64,000 nt of DNA from Gammaproteobacteria bacterium (GTDB lineage Bacteria; Pseudomonadota; Gammaproteobacteria; Arenicellales; Poriferihabitantaceae): contig JBLIOD010000010.1 of NCBI GenBank assembly GCA_047639475.1, positions 1,454 to 65,453 of the forward strand, read 5' to 3'. The position numbers and the translations under genes are program-made. Numbering within the stretch: the stretch's first letter is position 1; every line of letters begins with the position of its first letter. Of this stretch, positions 19,841 through 30,195 are shown piece by piece. The notes beneath the pieces are model-generated. The model was not told the origin of the DNA. It ran no database searches and saw only the letters and a program-made list of their open reading frames with translations.

Positions 19841-19924
19841 CCTGCATAGCATCAACTGCTTGCCACAGGCTGTGGCATGCTGAGGTTAGCAAACCTGCGC
19901 AAGCTGTTGCTGCCGACAGCCCAT

Positions 19925-21139
19925 CTAGTCTGCTTGCTGTTGACGCAAGAAGGTAGGTATTTCCAACTCCGCAAAGTCTAGAGAGCCATTGCCACCGACC
20001 ATTCGCGCTCCGCCTTCAAAGTTATTACGCGACGGAGAAACCGGCGTTGGAGGCACGAACTCAGGCTGCTGGCGCCGTGACGCTTCACCAACGGAGGCTT
20101 GGTTGCGCGCTGGGGCAGCCGTATTTCGCATTGGGGGCGCTTGCACTTCCGGCTCTTGCGTTGCCGCTTGAGCAATCGCTGCTTCTTTGCCTAAGCCAGT
20201 TGCCACCATCGTGACACGTAAGTCACCTTGTGCATCTGGATCGACCGCAGAACCAATGACCACTACAGCATCATCACCGGCGAACTCTTGCATCATATCG
20301 CCAATCTTTGAGAACTCACCGATAGTTAAGTCAGGCCCAGCGGTTATGTTAACCAACAACCCACCTGCACCGTGTAGATCAGTATCTTCTAGTAACGGAC
20401 TAGAAATCGCCTTGCGAGCGGCTTCTTCAGCACGGTTAGCACCCGAAGCCGTCGCGCTACCCATCATCGCCATGCCCATTTCAGACATCACGGTCCGAAC
20501 GTCTGCAAAATCGACGTTAATCATACCTGGCCGAGTTATTAACTCGGAAATACCTTGAACGGCATTAAGCAGTACCTGATTTGCCTCTGCAAAGGCATCG
20601 ATCATAGACGCATCGCTACCCATGTGCTCGAGTACCTTTTGATTAGGAATAATGATTAGAGAATCAACATGTCCTTTTAACTCTTCTAGACCAGCTTCGG
20701 CTAATGCCATTCTCTTTTTGCCTTCGAAGTGAAATGGCTTGGTGACTACCGCCACGGTCAGAATGCCTTTTTCACGGGCTAATTCAGCCACAACTGGTGC
20801 AGCACCCGTTCCGGTTCCACCGCCCATACCGGCTGTAATAAAGAGCATATCAGCTCCTTCAATGGCTTCGGCAATACGATCACGGTCTTCCATCGCCGCT
20901 TGCTTACCAACACTGGGGTCAGCACCGGCGCCTAAACCTTTCGTCAGGGTATCACCTAACTGCAGAGTCGTATCGGCGGTCGAGCGTTCTAATACCTGCG
21001 CATCGGTGTTGGCATTGATAAAATCCACCCCCTCGATATTATCTTTCATCATGTGGTCGACTGCGTTGCCGCCACCGCCTCCCACACCGATCACTTTAAT
21101 AACGGCTTGTAAGCCGACTGTATCCACTAACTCAAACAT
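19925..21139 (-). CDS. ftsZ: Cell division protein FtsZ
   Basis: GGGGGNA, tubulin signature GGGTGTG, NVDFADV, C-terminal LEIPTFLR. Confidence 0.99.
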   Translation of the reverse strand: MFELVDTVGLQAVIKVIGVGGGGGNAVDHMMKDNIEGVDFINANTDAQVLERSTADTTLQLGDTLTKGLGAGADPSVGKQAAMEDRDRIAEAIEGADMLFITAGMGGGTGTGAAPVVAELAREKGILTVAVVTKPFHFEGKKRMALAEAGLEELKGHVDSLIIIPNQKVLEHMGSDASMIDAFAEANQVLLNAVQGISELITRPGMINVDFADVRTVMSEMGMAMMGSATASGANRAEEAARKAISSPLLEDTDLHGAGGLLVNITAGPDLTIGEFSKIGDMMQEFAGDDAVVVIGSAVDPDAQGDLRVTMVATGLGKEAAIAQAATQEPEVQAPPMRNTAAPARNQASVGEASRRQQPEFVPPTPVSPSRNNFEGGARMVGGNGSLDFAELEIPTFLRQQQAD

Positions 21140-21174
21140 ATATTACCTCTTGGTTTTGCCACATTTAATAAAAT

Positions 21175-22407
21175 TTAAAAACTTCCCTTAAACCAACTCT
21201 TCATCCGACTCAACACATCGGATAATTTGCTGCTTCTCAGTTGCTTGCTCTTCTTAGAGCTTTGCTCTTTATGACCGAATTTCACCAGGCCAGTGCCCGT
21301 TGCAAAAATCGGGCTTAATACCACTTCACTCAAGCTACCTTCGTATTTTGGTAGGCCCAAGCGAACAGGCATATGAAAAACTTCTTCTGCTAACTCGACC
21401 GCATTCTCTAGCTTTGAACTGCCGCCTGTTATCACGATTGAATTGACTATTTCTTCAAAGCCACTGCGCCTTAGCTCACCTTGTGCAAGTACAAATATTT
21501 CTTCCATTCGCGGCTCAATCACTTCCGCCAAGTTGTATCTTGATAACTTGCGTGAAGGCTTACCTCCTATGCTCGGCGCTTCAACACTTTCAGCGGCACC
21601 CACTTGACTGGCCAGTGCACAACCATATTTTTTCTTCAAATCTTCTGCTGCTTGAGTAGGCGTCTGTAAGGCAATGGCGATATCATTGGTGACTTGGTCG
21701 CCTGCGATTGGAATTACCGAGGTATGCTTTATCGTGCCACCATGGAATATGGCGATGTCTGTTGTTCCACCACCAATATCAATCATGCAAACCCCTAAAT
21801 GTCGCTCATCATCAGTTAACACTGATTCGCTTGATGCTAGTTGCTCTAAGATAATGTCATCTACTTGCAGACCACAGCGTTTAATACATTTAATAATGTT
21901 CTGTGCTGAACTTACAGCCCCGGTAATGATATGCACCTTTGACTCCAAACGTACGCCGCTCATGCCCAGTGGCTGTCTCACCTCGTCTTGGCCATCAATA
22001 ATGAAGTCTTGCGGCAATACATGAAGTATTTGTTGGTCTTTGGGTATCGCCATGGCTTGCGCTGCTTCAATGACCCTATCAACATCATCTTGACGCACTT
22101 CCGCATCTCGAATAGCGACCACGCCATGTGAATTAAAGCTATTGATATGGGCACCTGCTATCCCTGCATAAACAGAGAATATTTGGCAACCTGCCATCAA
22201 TTCAGCTTCTTCCACAGCGCGTTGAATAGATGACACAGTCGATTCAATATCGGCCACTACGCCGCGACGCAACCCCTTTGACGGATGATGACCCACACCA
22301 ATAATTTCTAATTTGCCTTCGTCGTTTTGCTCTGCAACGATAGCCAGCACTTTTGAAGTACCTATATCTAAGCCGACGATTAAATTGCTATCAGTTTTCT
22401 TAACCAT
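21175..22407 (-). CDS. ftsA: Cell division protein FtsA
   Basis: GLDIGTSKV, DIGGGTTD, C-terminal amphipathic SWFKGSF. Confidence 0.99.
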   Translation of the reverse strand: MVKKTDSNLIVGLDIGTSKVLAIVAEQNDEGKLEIIGVGHHPSKGLRRGVVADIESTVSSIQRAVEEAELMAGCQIFSVYAGIAGAHINSFNSHGVVAIRDAEVRQDDVDRVIEAAQAMAIPKDQQILHVLPQDFIIDGQDEVRQPLGMSGVRLESKVHIITGAVSSAQNIIKCIKRCGLQVDDIILEQLASSESVLTDDERHLGVCMIDIGGGTTDIAIFHGGTIKHTSVIPIAGDQVTNDIAIALQTPTQAAEDLKKKYGCALASQVGAAESVEAPSIGGKPSRKLSRYNLAEVIEPRMEEIFVLAQGELRRSGFEEIVNSIVITGGSSKLENAVELAEEVFHMPVRLGLPKYEGSLSEVVLSPIFATGTGLVKFGHKEQSSKKSKQLRSSKLSDVLSRMKSWFKGSF

Positions 22408-22416
22408 GTCGCGTGT

Positions 22417-23211
22417 CTATTGTTGTGTCTCTTTAGTTTGCGGTGCCCACTTAATGGAAAAACCGCTTGAATAACGTAAATCAACCCGTTCGATACCCCT
22501 GGGGTGCTCAATTAAACTTTGTCGAATACTTTTCAAAAAGCTGTCTAGTTGCGCAGACGAATTAGCCTCTAGCAATATCATTTCAAATGGCGCTCGCCGC
22601 ATTTTCCCTAGCACTTCAACTTGTAGCGTCCACAAGTGTTGAGCGCTTAATTTCACTGATACTAAGCGTAAGCCTTGATTTGAAAACGCAGACGCCCAGG
22701 CTTGGTATTGTCCGTATATATAGTCATGCTGATCAGCTTGGCCAGACAAAGTAGGTAACCACACGGTCTTCACTAAAGGCAGTTCAGCCAGCTTGCCTTT
22801 AGTCGTGAGTAACTTGTCTTCTCCCCACCGTGCTATCGGCTTGTGTTCCGTAACATCAATCATTAATGTGTCCGGCCAGCGGCGCCTAATGCTCACTTCA
22901 TCGACCCAAACAAATTCATCCATCGCTTGCTGAATGGCGGCCATATCAATGGAAAAATAATTCCCCGCCAATGCCTTCACCACTGCCTCCTTTAATAAAG
23001 CTTCGTCTACATGCTGTGGGTTGCCTGACAAAGCCACTTTTTTCAATTGAAAACCAGTGGGCTGATACAGTCGATCGACCAATAATCCTGTCGTCAATCC
23101 CACGATTGCCAAAGTAGTAATCCCTATCAGCACGCGAATAAAGCTGCCATTTTTGCTCGACTCGAGTTCAGCAACCCTTCCGTTTTGCACGCTAGCCGTT
23201 ATTGAATTCAC
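22417..23211 (-). CDS. ftsQ: Cell division protein FtsQ
   Basis: TM segment, POTRA domain (WVDEVSIRRRWPD), VDLRYSSGFSI. Confidence 0.93.
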   Translation of the reverse strand: MNSITASVQNGRVAELESSKNGSFIRVLIGITTLAIVGLTTGLLVDRLYQPTGFQLKKVALSGNPQHVDEALLKEAVVKALAGNYFSIDMAAIQQAMDEFVWVDEVSIRRRWPDTLMIDVTEHKPIARWGEDKLLTTKGKLAELPLVKTVWLPTLSGQADQHDYIYGQYQAWASAFSNQGLRLVSVKLSAQHLWTLQVEVLGKMRRAPFEMILLEANSSAQLDSFLKSIRQSLIEHPRGIERVDLRYSSGFSIKWAPQTKETQQ

Positions 23212-24110
23212 GTGCGCTCTCCAACAAAATTAATCAATGAATGCAGTTGCACATCAAATTTCTGTTTAACCATACGTTGCCCATAACCAACTAACGCTTC
23301 GACATCGGACACACTAGACCTATTTGATAGAGCCAATTCATTAGGCGAACGCCTATCAAAAGCAGCGCCCCCTAAGGCGTATCCCGCTAGGCCACACTCT
23401 TGTAATAAAGAGGCTGGATTCACCTGACTAGATGCATGATAAATACCGGTTGAGGTACTTTTCCCAGTAAAGCGACTTGGCATATTTTTAAATAGCAACA
23501 ACGCCTTATTTCGCTTGGTCTGTTGCTGTTTAAATTCGAATTCAGCACCGACAATCCAAGCTTGCTTTTTCGGGTCTGCGCACCCCAGTAGCTGCGGTAC
23601 TCGCGACATCTCACACCAAATCAAGTCACCATCGCGATTAACGCATTCCAGCTGTTTGATTGATGCCCATTTATCCTCTTCTACAGCGCCCATCGCCAAT
23701 GCACCGCCCAAGGTACCGCTCGATAAGCTTAAGAACTCAAGTTCTTCAAAGCCTTTATCTGACATGTATCTCGCCAATGTCGCGTTGTCTGCACCTGCTT
23801 CAGCATAAAACCGCTTATCACCCAACGGCCGTATAACTGCTAGTCCCACACGTGTACTGAGTGTGACGCCCTTAATCCCACCATCTCGCACCAGAGTATT
23901 GTTTCCACTGCCTAGCCACGTGATAGGGATATTCCCTGGTAATTGACACATCAATTGCACCACGCTGGTTTTTCCAGACGCGGAAAAATAGCATTGCGCT
24001 GTTCCACCCATGTTCCAACGAGAGTGTTTGCCCATCGGCTCATTGCGCGACAAGGTTCCTTCTATGCCATCTAAGAAGCTACCAATACTGTGTTTCTTTG
24101 TACTAAACAT
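23208..24110 (-). CDS. murB: Highly degenerate MurB-like protein, catalytic motifs lost
   Basis: Located between murC and ftsQ. NEPMGKH..W.MGG, WLGSGNNTLVRDGG and AEAG are recognisable, but IPG, MNAGA, YR, GSxFxNP, HANF and the C-terminal Glu are absent. Confidence 0.8.
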   Translation of the reverse strand: MFSTKKHSIGSFLDGIEGTLSRNEPMGKHSRWNMGGTAQCYFSASGKTSVVQLMCQLPGNIPITWLGSGNNTLVRDGGIKGVTLSTRVGLAVIRPLGDKRFYAEAGADNATLARYMSDKGFEELEFLSLSSGTLGGALAMGAVEEDKWASIKQLECVNRDGDLIWCEMSRVPQLLGCADPKKQAWIVGAEFEFKQQQTKRNKALLLFKNMPSRFTGKSTSTGIYHASSQVNPASLLQECGLAGYALGGAAFDRRSPNELALSNRSSVSDVEALVGYGQRMVKQKFDVQLHSLINFVGERT

Positions 24111-25494
24111 GTGAACTCTCAGCAATCAGTGACTGCGCGTAACGCCCTATATCACCTGCCCCCAAACACAACAGCACATCGTTTTGTTTTATTTGGTGGG
24201 CAATTATTGAGCTGGCCTCTTCAAAATTTTCTACAAAAACCACCTGCCCACCCCTAGCCCGTATCGCATTGGCTAGCGCACGGCCGTCGGCACCCACACG
24301 GGGTGTTTCTCCCGCTCCGTATACTTCCAGCAAAATCAAGTTTTCTTGTTCGCCCAAGACCTTGGCGAAATCATCAAACAATTCTTGCGTCCGTGAATAG
24401 CGATGAGGCTGGAATAAAGTAATGATGTTTCTATCGGGCCAACAGTCTTTGGCCGCTTCAAAGGTAGCCGAAAGTTCACGAGGGTGGTGAGCATAGTCGT
24501 CAACGACTAAGGCTCGTTTGGTGTCACTAAAAACAGCATCGCCCAAGATGCTAAATCGTCGAACTATGCCCTTGAACTCTAGCAGTGCATCTCGCACATC
24601 TTGATCCTTTACACCCAGTTTGGATGCAATCGCAATCGCCACTAATGCGTTCAGTACGTTGTGTTTACCCGGCATCGCCAACGAAAACTGACCCACATTT
24701 ATTCCGTGTCTCACTACGTCGAAATGGCTGATGTGACCGTCTTGACGAAAGTTGGCTGCCTGTATATCAACATCATCATCAAAGCCGTATGACAAAATCC
24801 GGCGGTTAATTTTCTGCGCCACTTCCCGCACAACAGGGTCGTCAAAACACAAAATCGCCAGACCATAGAACGGCAGTTTATGCAAAAACTGTACAAAGGT
24901 ACGCTTTAACTTCGCAAAACTATTCTCATAGGTTTGCATGTGGTCGTAGTCAATATTGGTAACAGCTGCAATAGTAGGTGTCAGCTGCAGAAAAGATGCA
25001 TCGCTCTCATCAGCTTCCGCGACCAATATTTCACCTTGACCCAAGCGTGCATTGGAATCCACACTATTCACAATACCGCCGATGACAAATGTAGGGTCTA
25101 AACCTGCTTTTATTAACACACTAGAAACTAAACTAGTGGTTGTCGTTTTACCGTGCGTACCGGCAATGGCGATGCCTTGGCGAAAGCGCATCAGTTCACC
25201 TAACATTTCCGCTCGCGGTACCACTGGGATTTTGTTTTTGCGTGCAGCAGCCACCTCAGGGTTGTTCTTGTCGACCGCGCTAGAGGTCACCACCACATCA
25301 GCATCTTGACTGTTCTGCTCAACATGGCCAATCATCGTCTTAGCGCCTAATCTTGCAAGGCGTTGTAAAGCCGGACTATCACGCAAATCAGAGCCTGTCA
25401 CTTTATAGCCTTGCTCTAATAACACTTCCGCAATGCCGCTCATTCCGATGCCGCCCATGCCAACAAAGTGAATATGTTTTACAAACTCACGCAT
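24103..25494 (-). CDS. murC: UDP-N-acetylmuramate--L-alanine ligase
   Basis: GMGGIGMSGIA, GTHGKTTT, EADESD, DDYAHHP, FQPHRYSRT. Confidence 0.98.
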   Translation of the reverse strand: MREFVKHIHFVGMGGIGMSGIAEVLLEQGYKVTGSDLRDSPALQRLARLGAKTMIGHVEQNSQDADVVVTSSAVDKNNPEVAAARKNKIPVVPRAEMLGELMRFRQGIAIAGTHGKTTTTSLVSSVLIKAGLDPTFVIGGIVNSVDSNARLGQGEILVAEADESDASFLQLTPTIAAVTNIDYDHMQTYENSFAKLKRTFVQFLHKLPFYGLAILCFDDPVVREVAQKINRRILSYGFDDDVDIQAANFRQDGHISHFDVVRHGINVGQFSLAMPGKHNVLNALVAIAIASKLGVKDQDVRDALLEFKGIVRRFSILGDAVFSDTKRALVVDDYAHHPRELSATFEAAKDCWPDRNIITLFQPHRYSRTQELFDDFAKVLGEQENLILLEVYGAGETPRVGADGRALANAIRARGGQVVFVENFEEASSIIAHQIKQNDVLLCLGAGDIGRYAQSLIAESSHV

Positions 25495-26560
25495 CTAACA
25501 CCTCCATGCAAACATCTGCCACTGCTTCAGTAGCGTTTAAGCGTGCGTGTTGTTGGGCTTTCTCAGCCAGGGCTATAATTTTTGTACGGTCTGTCGCATA
25601 AGAAGCTAATTGCTCAACCCAACTACCTTTCTCAAATTCCGGCTGTCGATAGCAAAGCGCTGATTGATCGGCTGCTAACTCTTGGGCGTTGAACCATTGG
25701 TGATCATCTATCGCATGCGGATAAGGCACAAACAAGGCCGCCACGCCTGCCGCTGCCACTTCCGAAACAGTCATTGCGCCGCTCCGACAAATAACAAAAT
25801 CAGCCCACTCGTAAGCTCTTGGCATATCGTTTATGAATTCTGACACCTCACACTCCAGCGCCAGTTCTTCATATAAGCTTTCTACAGGTGCGTTTCGCCC
25901 CTTACCAGACTGATGGCGAATAGTTATCGGGGTTGAATCAGATAGGGTTTTCAACAACGCAGGCAAAAACTCATTAAACACCTGTGCGCCCAAACTGCCG
26001 CCAACGACTAATAGCCGTAAGGCACCTTCGCGACCAGACAACCGCTCAGCAGGCGCATCCAATGCCTTCATAGCCGGCTTTACCGGGTTGCCCGTGTGTA
26101 GATTGCTGTCAATTCCTTTGGCTTGACTAAACCCAGACAACTTCTTCAACGCTTTACTAGCGAGTATTTTGTTGGTCGTGCCCGCAATGGCATTTTGTTC
26201 ATGGATAATAAGCGGTTTGCGCAGTATCCATCCCACTAAACCGCCCGGCCCCGATGCAAATCCGCCCATGCCCAGCAAGGCGGTGGCCCGGCTACTGATG
26301 ATGATGATTAACGCTTGAAACGCGGCACTTATGAGTACAAATGGCGCCACCAGTTTTCGCATCACCCCGGTACCACGCAACCCTTTGATATTAATAAAGC
26401 GCAATTCAAAACCAGCTTCAGGCACTAAGGTAGACTCAATCCCATTGCGTGTGCCCATCCAAACAATGCGCACTCCTCGATCTCGCAATTCTTTCGCCAC
26501 GCTCAAAGCGGGGATTACGTGCCCGCCTGTACCACCCGCCATCACTAACAAAGTCTTCAT
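25487..26560 (-). CDS. murG: Undecaprenyl-PP-MurNAc-pentapeptide GlcNAc transferase
   Basis: GGTGGH, HEQN, GGSLGA, RSGAMTVSE. Confidence 0.98.
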   Translation of the reverse strand: MKTLLVMAGGTGGHVIPALSVAKELRDRGVRIVWMGTRNGIESTLVPEAGFELRFINIKGLRGTGVMRKLVAPFVLISAAFQALIIIISSRATALLGMGGFASGPGGLVGWILRKPLIIHEQNAIAGTTNKILASKALKKLSGFSQAKGIDSNLHTGNPVKPAMKALDAPAERLSGREGALRLLVVGGSLGAQVFNEFLPALLKTLSDSTPITIRHQSGKGRNAPVESLYEELALECEVSEFINDMPRAYEWADFVICRSGAMTVSEVAAAGVAALFVPYPHAIDDHQWFNAQELAADQSALCYRQPEFEKGSWVEQLASYATDRTKIIALAEKAQQHARLNATEAVADVCMEVLDA

Positions 26561-27744
26561 CGCTTGCCCCGTGCTGGTATAGCGCGTTTAAGCACTGGCA
26601 ATCGGTTGGCTTTGTCAACAGCGAACAGTAAGCCTATACAAGCCAAGCTAATGACCATACTGCTGCCGCCCGAACTCATTAAGGGCAAGTTCAAACCTTT
26701 TGTCGGCAGCAATCCCGTGCTAACGCCGACATGAATGGCTGCGTTAAAAGTAAGCACCAAACCAATGCCATAAGCCAAGTAGGCGTTAAATCTCTGCGCA
26801 CGTTGCATGGCAGTTGACGCGATAGCGAAAGCTCGCCACAACAAGAGTGCGAACAAACCCATCACGATAAATATACCCAAACTCCCCAATTCTTCACCAA
26901 CGATGGCGATAAGAAAATCATTGTCCGCGTGCGGCAAATAATTCAGCTTTTGCAAGCTATTGCCTAGACCCACACCCAGCCAACCACCACGGCCAATGGC
27001 CATTAACGATTGAGTAAGCTGAAAGCCTTTATTAAAGGGGTCAGCCCACGGGTCTTGAAACACCATTAGCCGATCAACGCGATAAGGCTCTAGATAGGCG
27101 ATTAGCGCCATGGCCACAGCAATGCATAAAAATACACCGATAAAATAACCAATGCGCACACCTGCTAAGTACATCAGCCCTCCCGTGGTGGCCAATATCA
27201 CTACCGTGGTGCCAAAATCAGGCTGCGCTAAAAGCAAGCCGCACACGACTAAAATAGGCAAACCGATGTTTAACACGCCCACTTTGAATAAATGTACATT
27301 ACTCTGTTTGCGCGCGTAGTAGTCGGCTATGTACATCAAACACAATAGCTTAATGAGCTCTGCTGGCTGAAGGCGCACGCCGGCAATCTGCATCCAACGT
27401 GTGCTGCCGTTTACCTCCATCCCTACGCCTGGAACAAACAAAGCAGCCAACAATACTAGGCCTACCAATAACAATACGCCGCTCATGGCTTGTACCCAAT
27501 CTAAGCGCAGAAAACGAATAATCATTGCCATGGCAATCAAACCCACACCAACATGAACACCATGTTTCACGATATGTGCGGTATGTAAGGCAAATTCTCT
27601 TGATCCTTTTGCAATACCTGCTGAGTAGACCATCACCACGCCCAGTAATAATATACAACTAACGACCACCGCCAAGCCAAAATCAAAGCTGAATGATGGT
27701 GCGCGTTGATCAACCTGTCCATGCACTTGCGCTACACTGACCAT
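26557..27744 (-). CDS. ftsW: SEDS peptidoglycan glycosyltransferase FtsW
   Basis: NGSTRW, QPAE, QPDFGT, LPTKGLNLPLMSSGGSS. Confidence 0.97.
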   Translation of the reverse strand: MVSVAQVHGQVDQRAPSFSFDFGLAVVVSCILLLGVVMVYSAGIAKGSREFALHTAHIVKHGVHVGVGLIAMAMIIRFLRLDWVQAMSGVLLLVGLVLLAALFVPGVGMEVNGSTRWMQIAGVRLQPAELIKLLCLMYIADYYARKQSNVHLFKVGVLNIGLPILVVCGLLLAQPDFGTTVVILATTGGLMYLAGVRIGYFIGVFLCIAVAMALIAYLEPYRVDRLMVFQDPWADPFNKGFQLTQSLMAIGRGGWLGVGLGNSLQKLNYLPHADNDFLIAIVGEELGSLGIFIVMGLFALLLWRAFAIASTAMQRAQRFNAYLAYGIGLVLTFNAAIHVGVSTGLLPTKGLNLPLMSSGGSSMVISLACIGLLFAVDKANRLPVLKRAIPARGKR

Positions 27745-29111
27745 TAGTATTGGCCCTCAGCCAAGGCAGACACAGCCATCTTAAAACACTCGCCGCGAGC
27801 CATGAAATTGGCGAACATGTCCATACTTGCGCAGGCAGGTGAAAACAATACTACGTCGCCAGCTTGTGCAATGTTTTGAGCTTTGCTTACGGCCTTTTCA
27901 AGGTTCTCGACGTGAATGCACTTCAGCAAATCACCTATCGCCTTTTCAATTAGAGCAGCATCCTCACCGAGTAAAATTACTGCGCGAACCGTTTCATCCA
28001 TAGCGGGGCGTAGTTCACGAAAATCAGCGCCTTTGCCTAAACCGCCGAGTATCAACACCTTTTGTTCACTAAAGCCGCTGATGGCCGCCAAGGTTGCACC
28101 GACATTGGTACCCTTAGAATCATTCACCCAGCTAACTGAATTAATGGTTGCAATCGCTTCGCAGCGATGCGGCAAGCCTGCAAAATCACAAGCAGCATCG
28201 ATGACGGCTTGAGTGACTTTAAGCCCTGCCAATTCGACTAACGCCAACGCCGCCATTACGTTAGCCCAGTTTTGCTTACCTCGTAGCTTAAGGTCTGATA
28301 CATTGAGTAATTGCTGCTCACCTTTGACTATCCAATGGGCTTTGTCGTTGCTTAGCAAACCGTAATCATTTTCAGTGAGCGGCTTGTCCAGTCCAAAAGA
28401 CAGTGTATTGTCATTATGAATCGTGGGTGCTGACGTATCATCACGGTTGACCAACTCCTTTTTTGCCCCGCGATAAATCGATGATTTAGAGGTCACATAT
28501 GCTGCAAAACTGGCATATCTATCTAGATGGTCTTCCGACACGTTCAGTACAACCGCTACTTGTGCGTCTAGGCTTTGTACGGTGTCTAACTGGAAACTCG
28601 AGAGCTCAAGCACATAAAAATCGGGGTCTGCTTGTTGAAATAGATCTAATGCAGGGACGCCTATATTACCGCCTAATAACGCGGTCTTGTCCGTTGCATT
28701 GATCATTAAATCAACCAAGGTAGCAACCGTACTTTTACCATTTGAGCCTGTAATGGCGATAATGGGCGCACAGGCAAAATTTCGAAACAATTGGATATCA
28801 CCAACTACCCTGGTATGTTCGCCTATTTTCTTTTCCAACTCCAGATCATCAGCGCCGATACCAGGACTAAGCACGACAACGTCAGCTGTCTCTAAAGTGT
28901 GTTGATCGAGGCCACCCGTCACTAATCGTGCTCGGGGAAACAAACCTTGCAACTCTTTCTTGTTTGGCGGGAATTCCCGTGTATCCATTGCAATCAACTC
29001 AGCAGTTGATTCTGCAAAAAACCGCATCACAGATTGACCTGTCATGCCGAAACCAATCACGGCAATTTTTTTGAAATTTGGCAAATTGGCCTTTTTCAAA
29101 ACGATTGACAT
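27744..29111 (-). CDS. murD: UDP-MurNAc-L-Ala--D-Glu ligase
   Basis: GSNGKSTV, ELSSFQL, NDSKGTN, SPACAS. Confidence 0.98.
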   Translation of the reverse strand: MSIVLKKANLPNFKKIAVIGFGMTGQSVMRFFAESTAELIAMDTREFPPNKKELQGLFPRARLVTGGLDQHTLETADVVVLSPGIGADDLELEKKIGEHTRVVGDIQLFRNFACAPIIAITGSNGKSTVATLVDLMINATDKTALLGGNIGVPALDLFQQADPDFYVLELSSFQLDTVQSLDAQVAVVLNVSEDHLDRYASFAAYVTSKSSIYRGAKKELVNRDDTSAPTIHNDNTLSFGLDKPLTENDYGLLSNDKAHWIVKGEQQLLNVSDLKLRGKQNWANVMAALALVELAGLKVTQAVIDAACDFAGLPHRCEAIATINSVSWVNDSKGTNVGATLAAISGFSEQKVLILGGLGKGADFRELRPAMDETVRAVILLGEDAALIEKAIGDLLKCIHVENLEKAVSKAQNIAQAGDVVLFSPACASMDMFANFMARGECFKMAVSALAEGQY

Positions 29112-29112
29112 T

Positions 29113-30195
29113 CTATCTCGCTTTCAAGGTTGCTAAACCTATAATGACCAATATAAAAGTAATGATCCAAAAGCGGACAATCACCCGAGGCTCTGGCCAA
29201 CCTTTCAATTCAAAATGATGATGGATAGGTGCCATCCTTAATACACGGCGCCCCAACAGTTTGAATGAGGCCACTTGTACTATTACCGACAAGGTCTCAA
29301 CGACAAACAAACCGCCCATAATCACCAACACCAATTCTTGACGAACAATCACCGCTACCACACCAATGGCAGCGCCTAGGGATAAAGCACCGATATCTCC
29401 CATGAATACTTGAGCTGGGTAGGTGTTGAACCATAAAAAACCCAAACCGGCGCCTACCAAAGCCGTACAGAAAATTAACATCTCTCCGGCGCCCGCAATG
29501 TACGGTACGTTTAAATATTCAGAATAAATAGTGTTGCCCGATACATAACTAAATACCCCAAGACCCCCTGCGACCATCACCACTGGCAGTATCGCCAAGC
29601 CGTCCAAGCCATCGGTTAAATTCACAGCATTACTGGTACCCACGATGACAAACCACGCTAAGGGTATAAACAACCAACCTAGGCTAATTGCGATGTCCTT
29701 AAACAGCGGCACAATGAACTCTAAATCAGCTGCACTACTCGCCGTGCTAAATAAGAAATAGGCCGCACAAAAAGCCGCCAGCGCTTGAGAGATAAACTTG
29801 GCTTTGGCGCCCATACCGCGCGGATTCTTGTCAATGAGCTTTCGATAGTCGTCAAACCAACCAATCAGGCCAAATATCACCGTGACAAATAAAGTAACCC
29901 ATATAAAACGATTAGTTAGGTCACCCCAAAGTAACGTTGAAAAAACCACTGAGAACAAAATCAATAACCCCCCCATTGTAGGTGTGCCTACTTTCGAAAA
30001 ATGACTCTTAGGGCCATCATCTCGAACGGTTTGACCAATTTGATATTTCGATAATTTTCGAATCATAAACGGACCAAACATTAACGACAAACTCAACGCC
30101 GTTAACACGCTCATTATCGATCTAAAAGTGATGTACTGAAAAACACCCAGTACACTGTATTGCTCCGAAAGATGGGCAAATAACCAAGTTAACAT
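29113..30195 (-). CDS. mraY: Phospho-MurNAc-pentapeptide transferase
   Basis: [35 protein letters not shown]. Confidence 0.99.
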   Translation of the reverse strand: MLTWLFAHLSEQYSVLGVFQYITFRSIMSVLTALSLSLMFGPFMIRKLSKYQIGQTVRDDGPKSHFSKVGTPTMGGLLILFSVVFSTLLWGDLTNRFIWVTLFVTVIFGLIGWFDDYRKLIDKNPRGMGAKAKFISQALAAFCAAYFLFSTASSAADLEFIVPLFKDIAISLGWLFIPLAWFVIVGTSNAVNLTDGLDGLAILPVVMVAGGLGVFSYVSGNTIYSEYLNVPYIAGAGEMLIFCTALVGAGLGFLWFNTYPAQVFMGDIGALSLGAAIGVVAVIVRQELVLVIMGGLFVVETLSVIVQVASFKLLGRRVLRMAPIHHHFELKGWPEPRVIVRFWIITFILVIIGLATLKAR

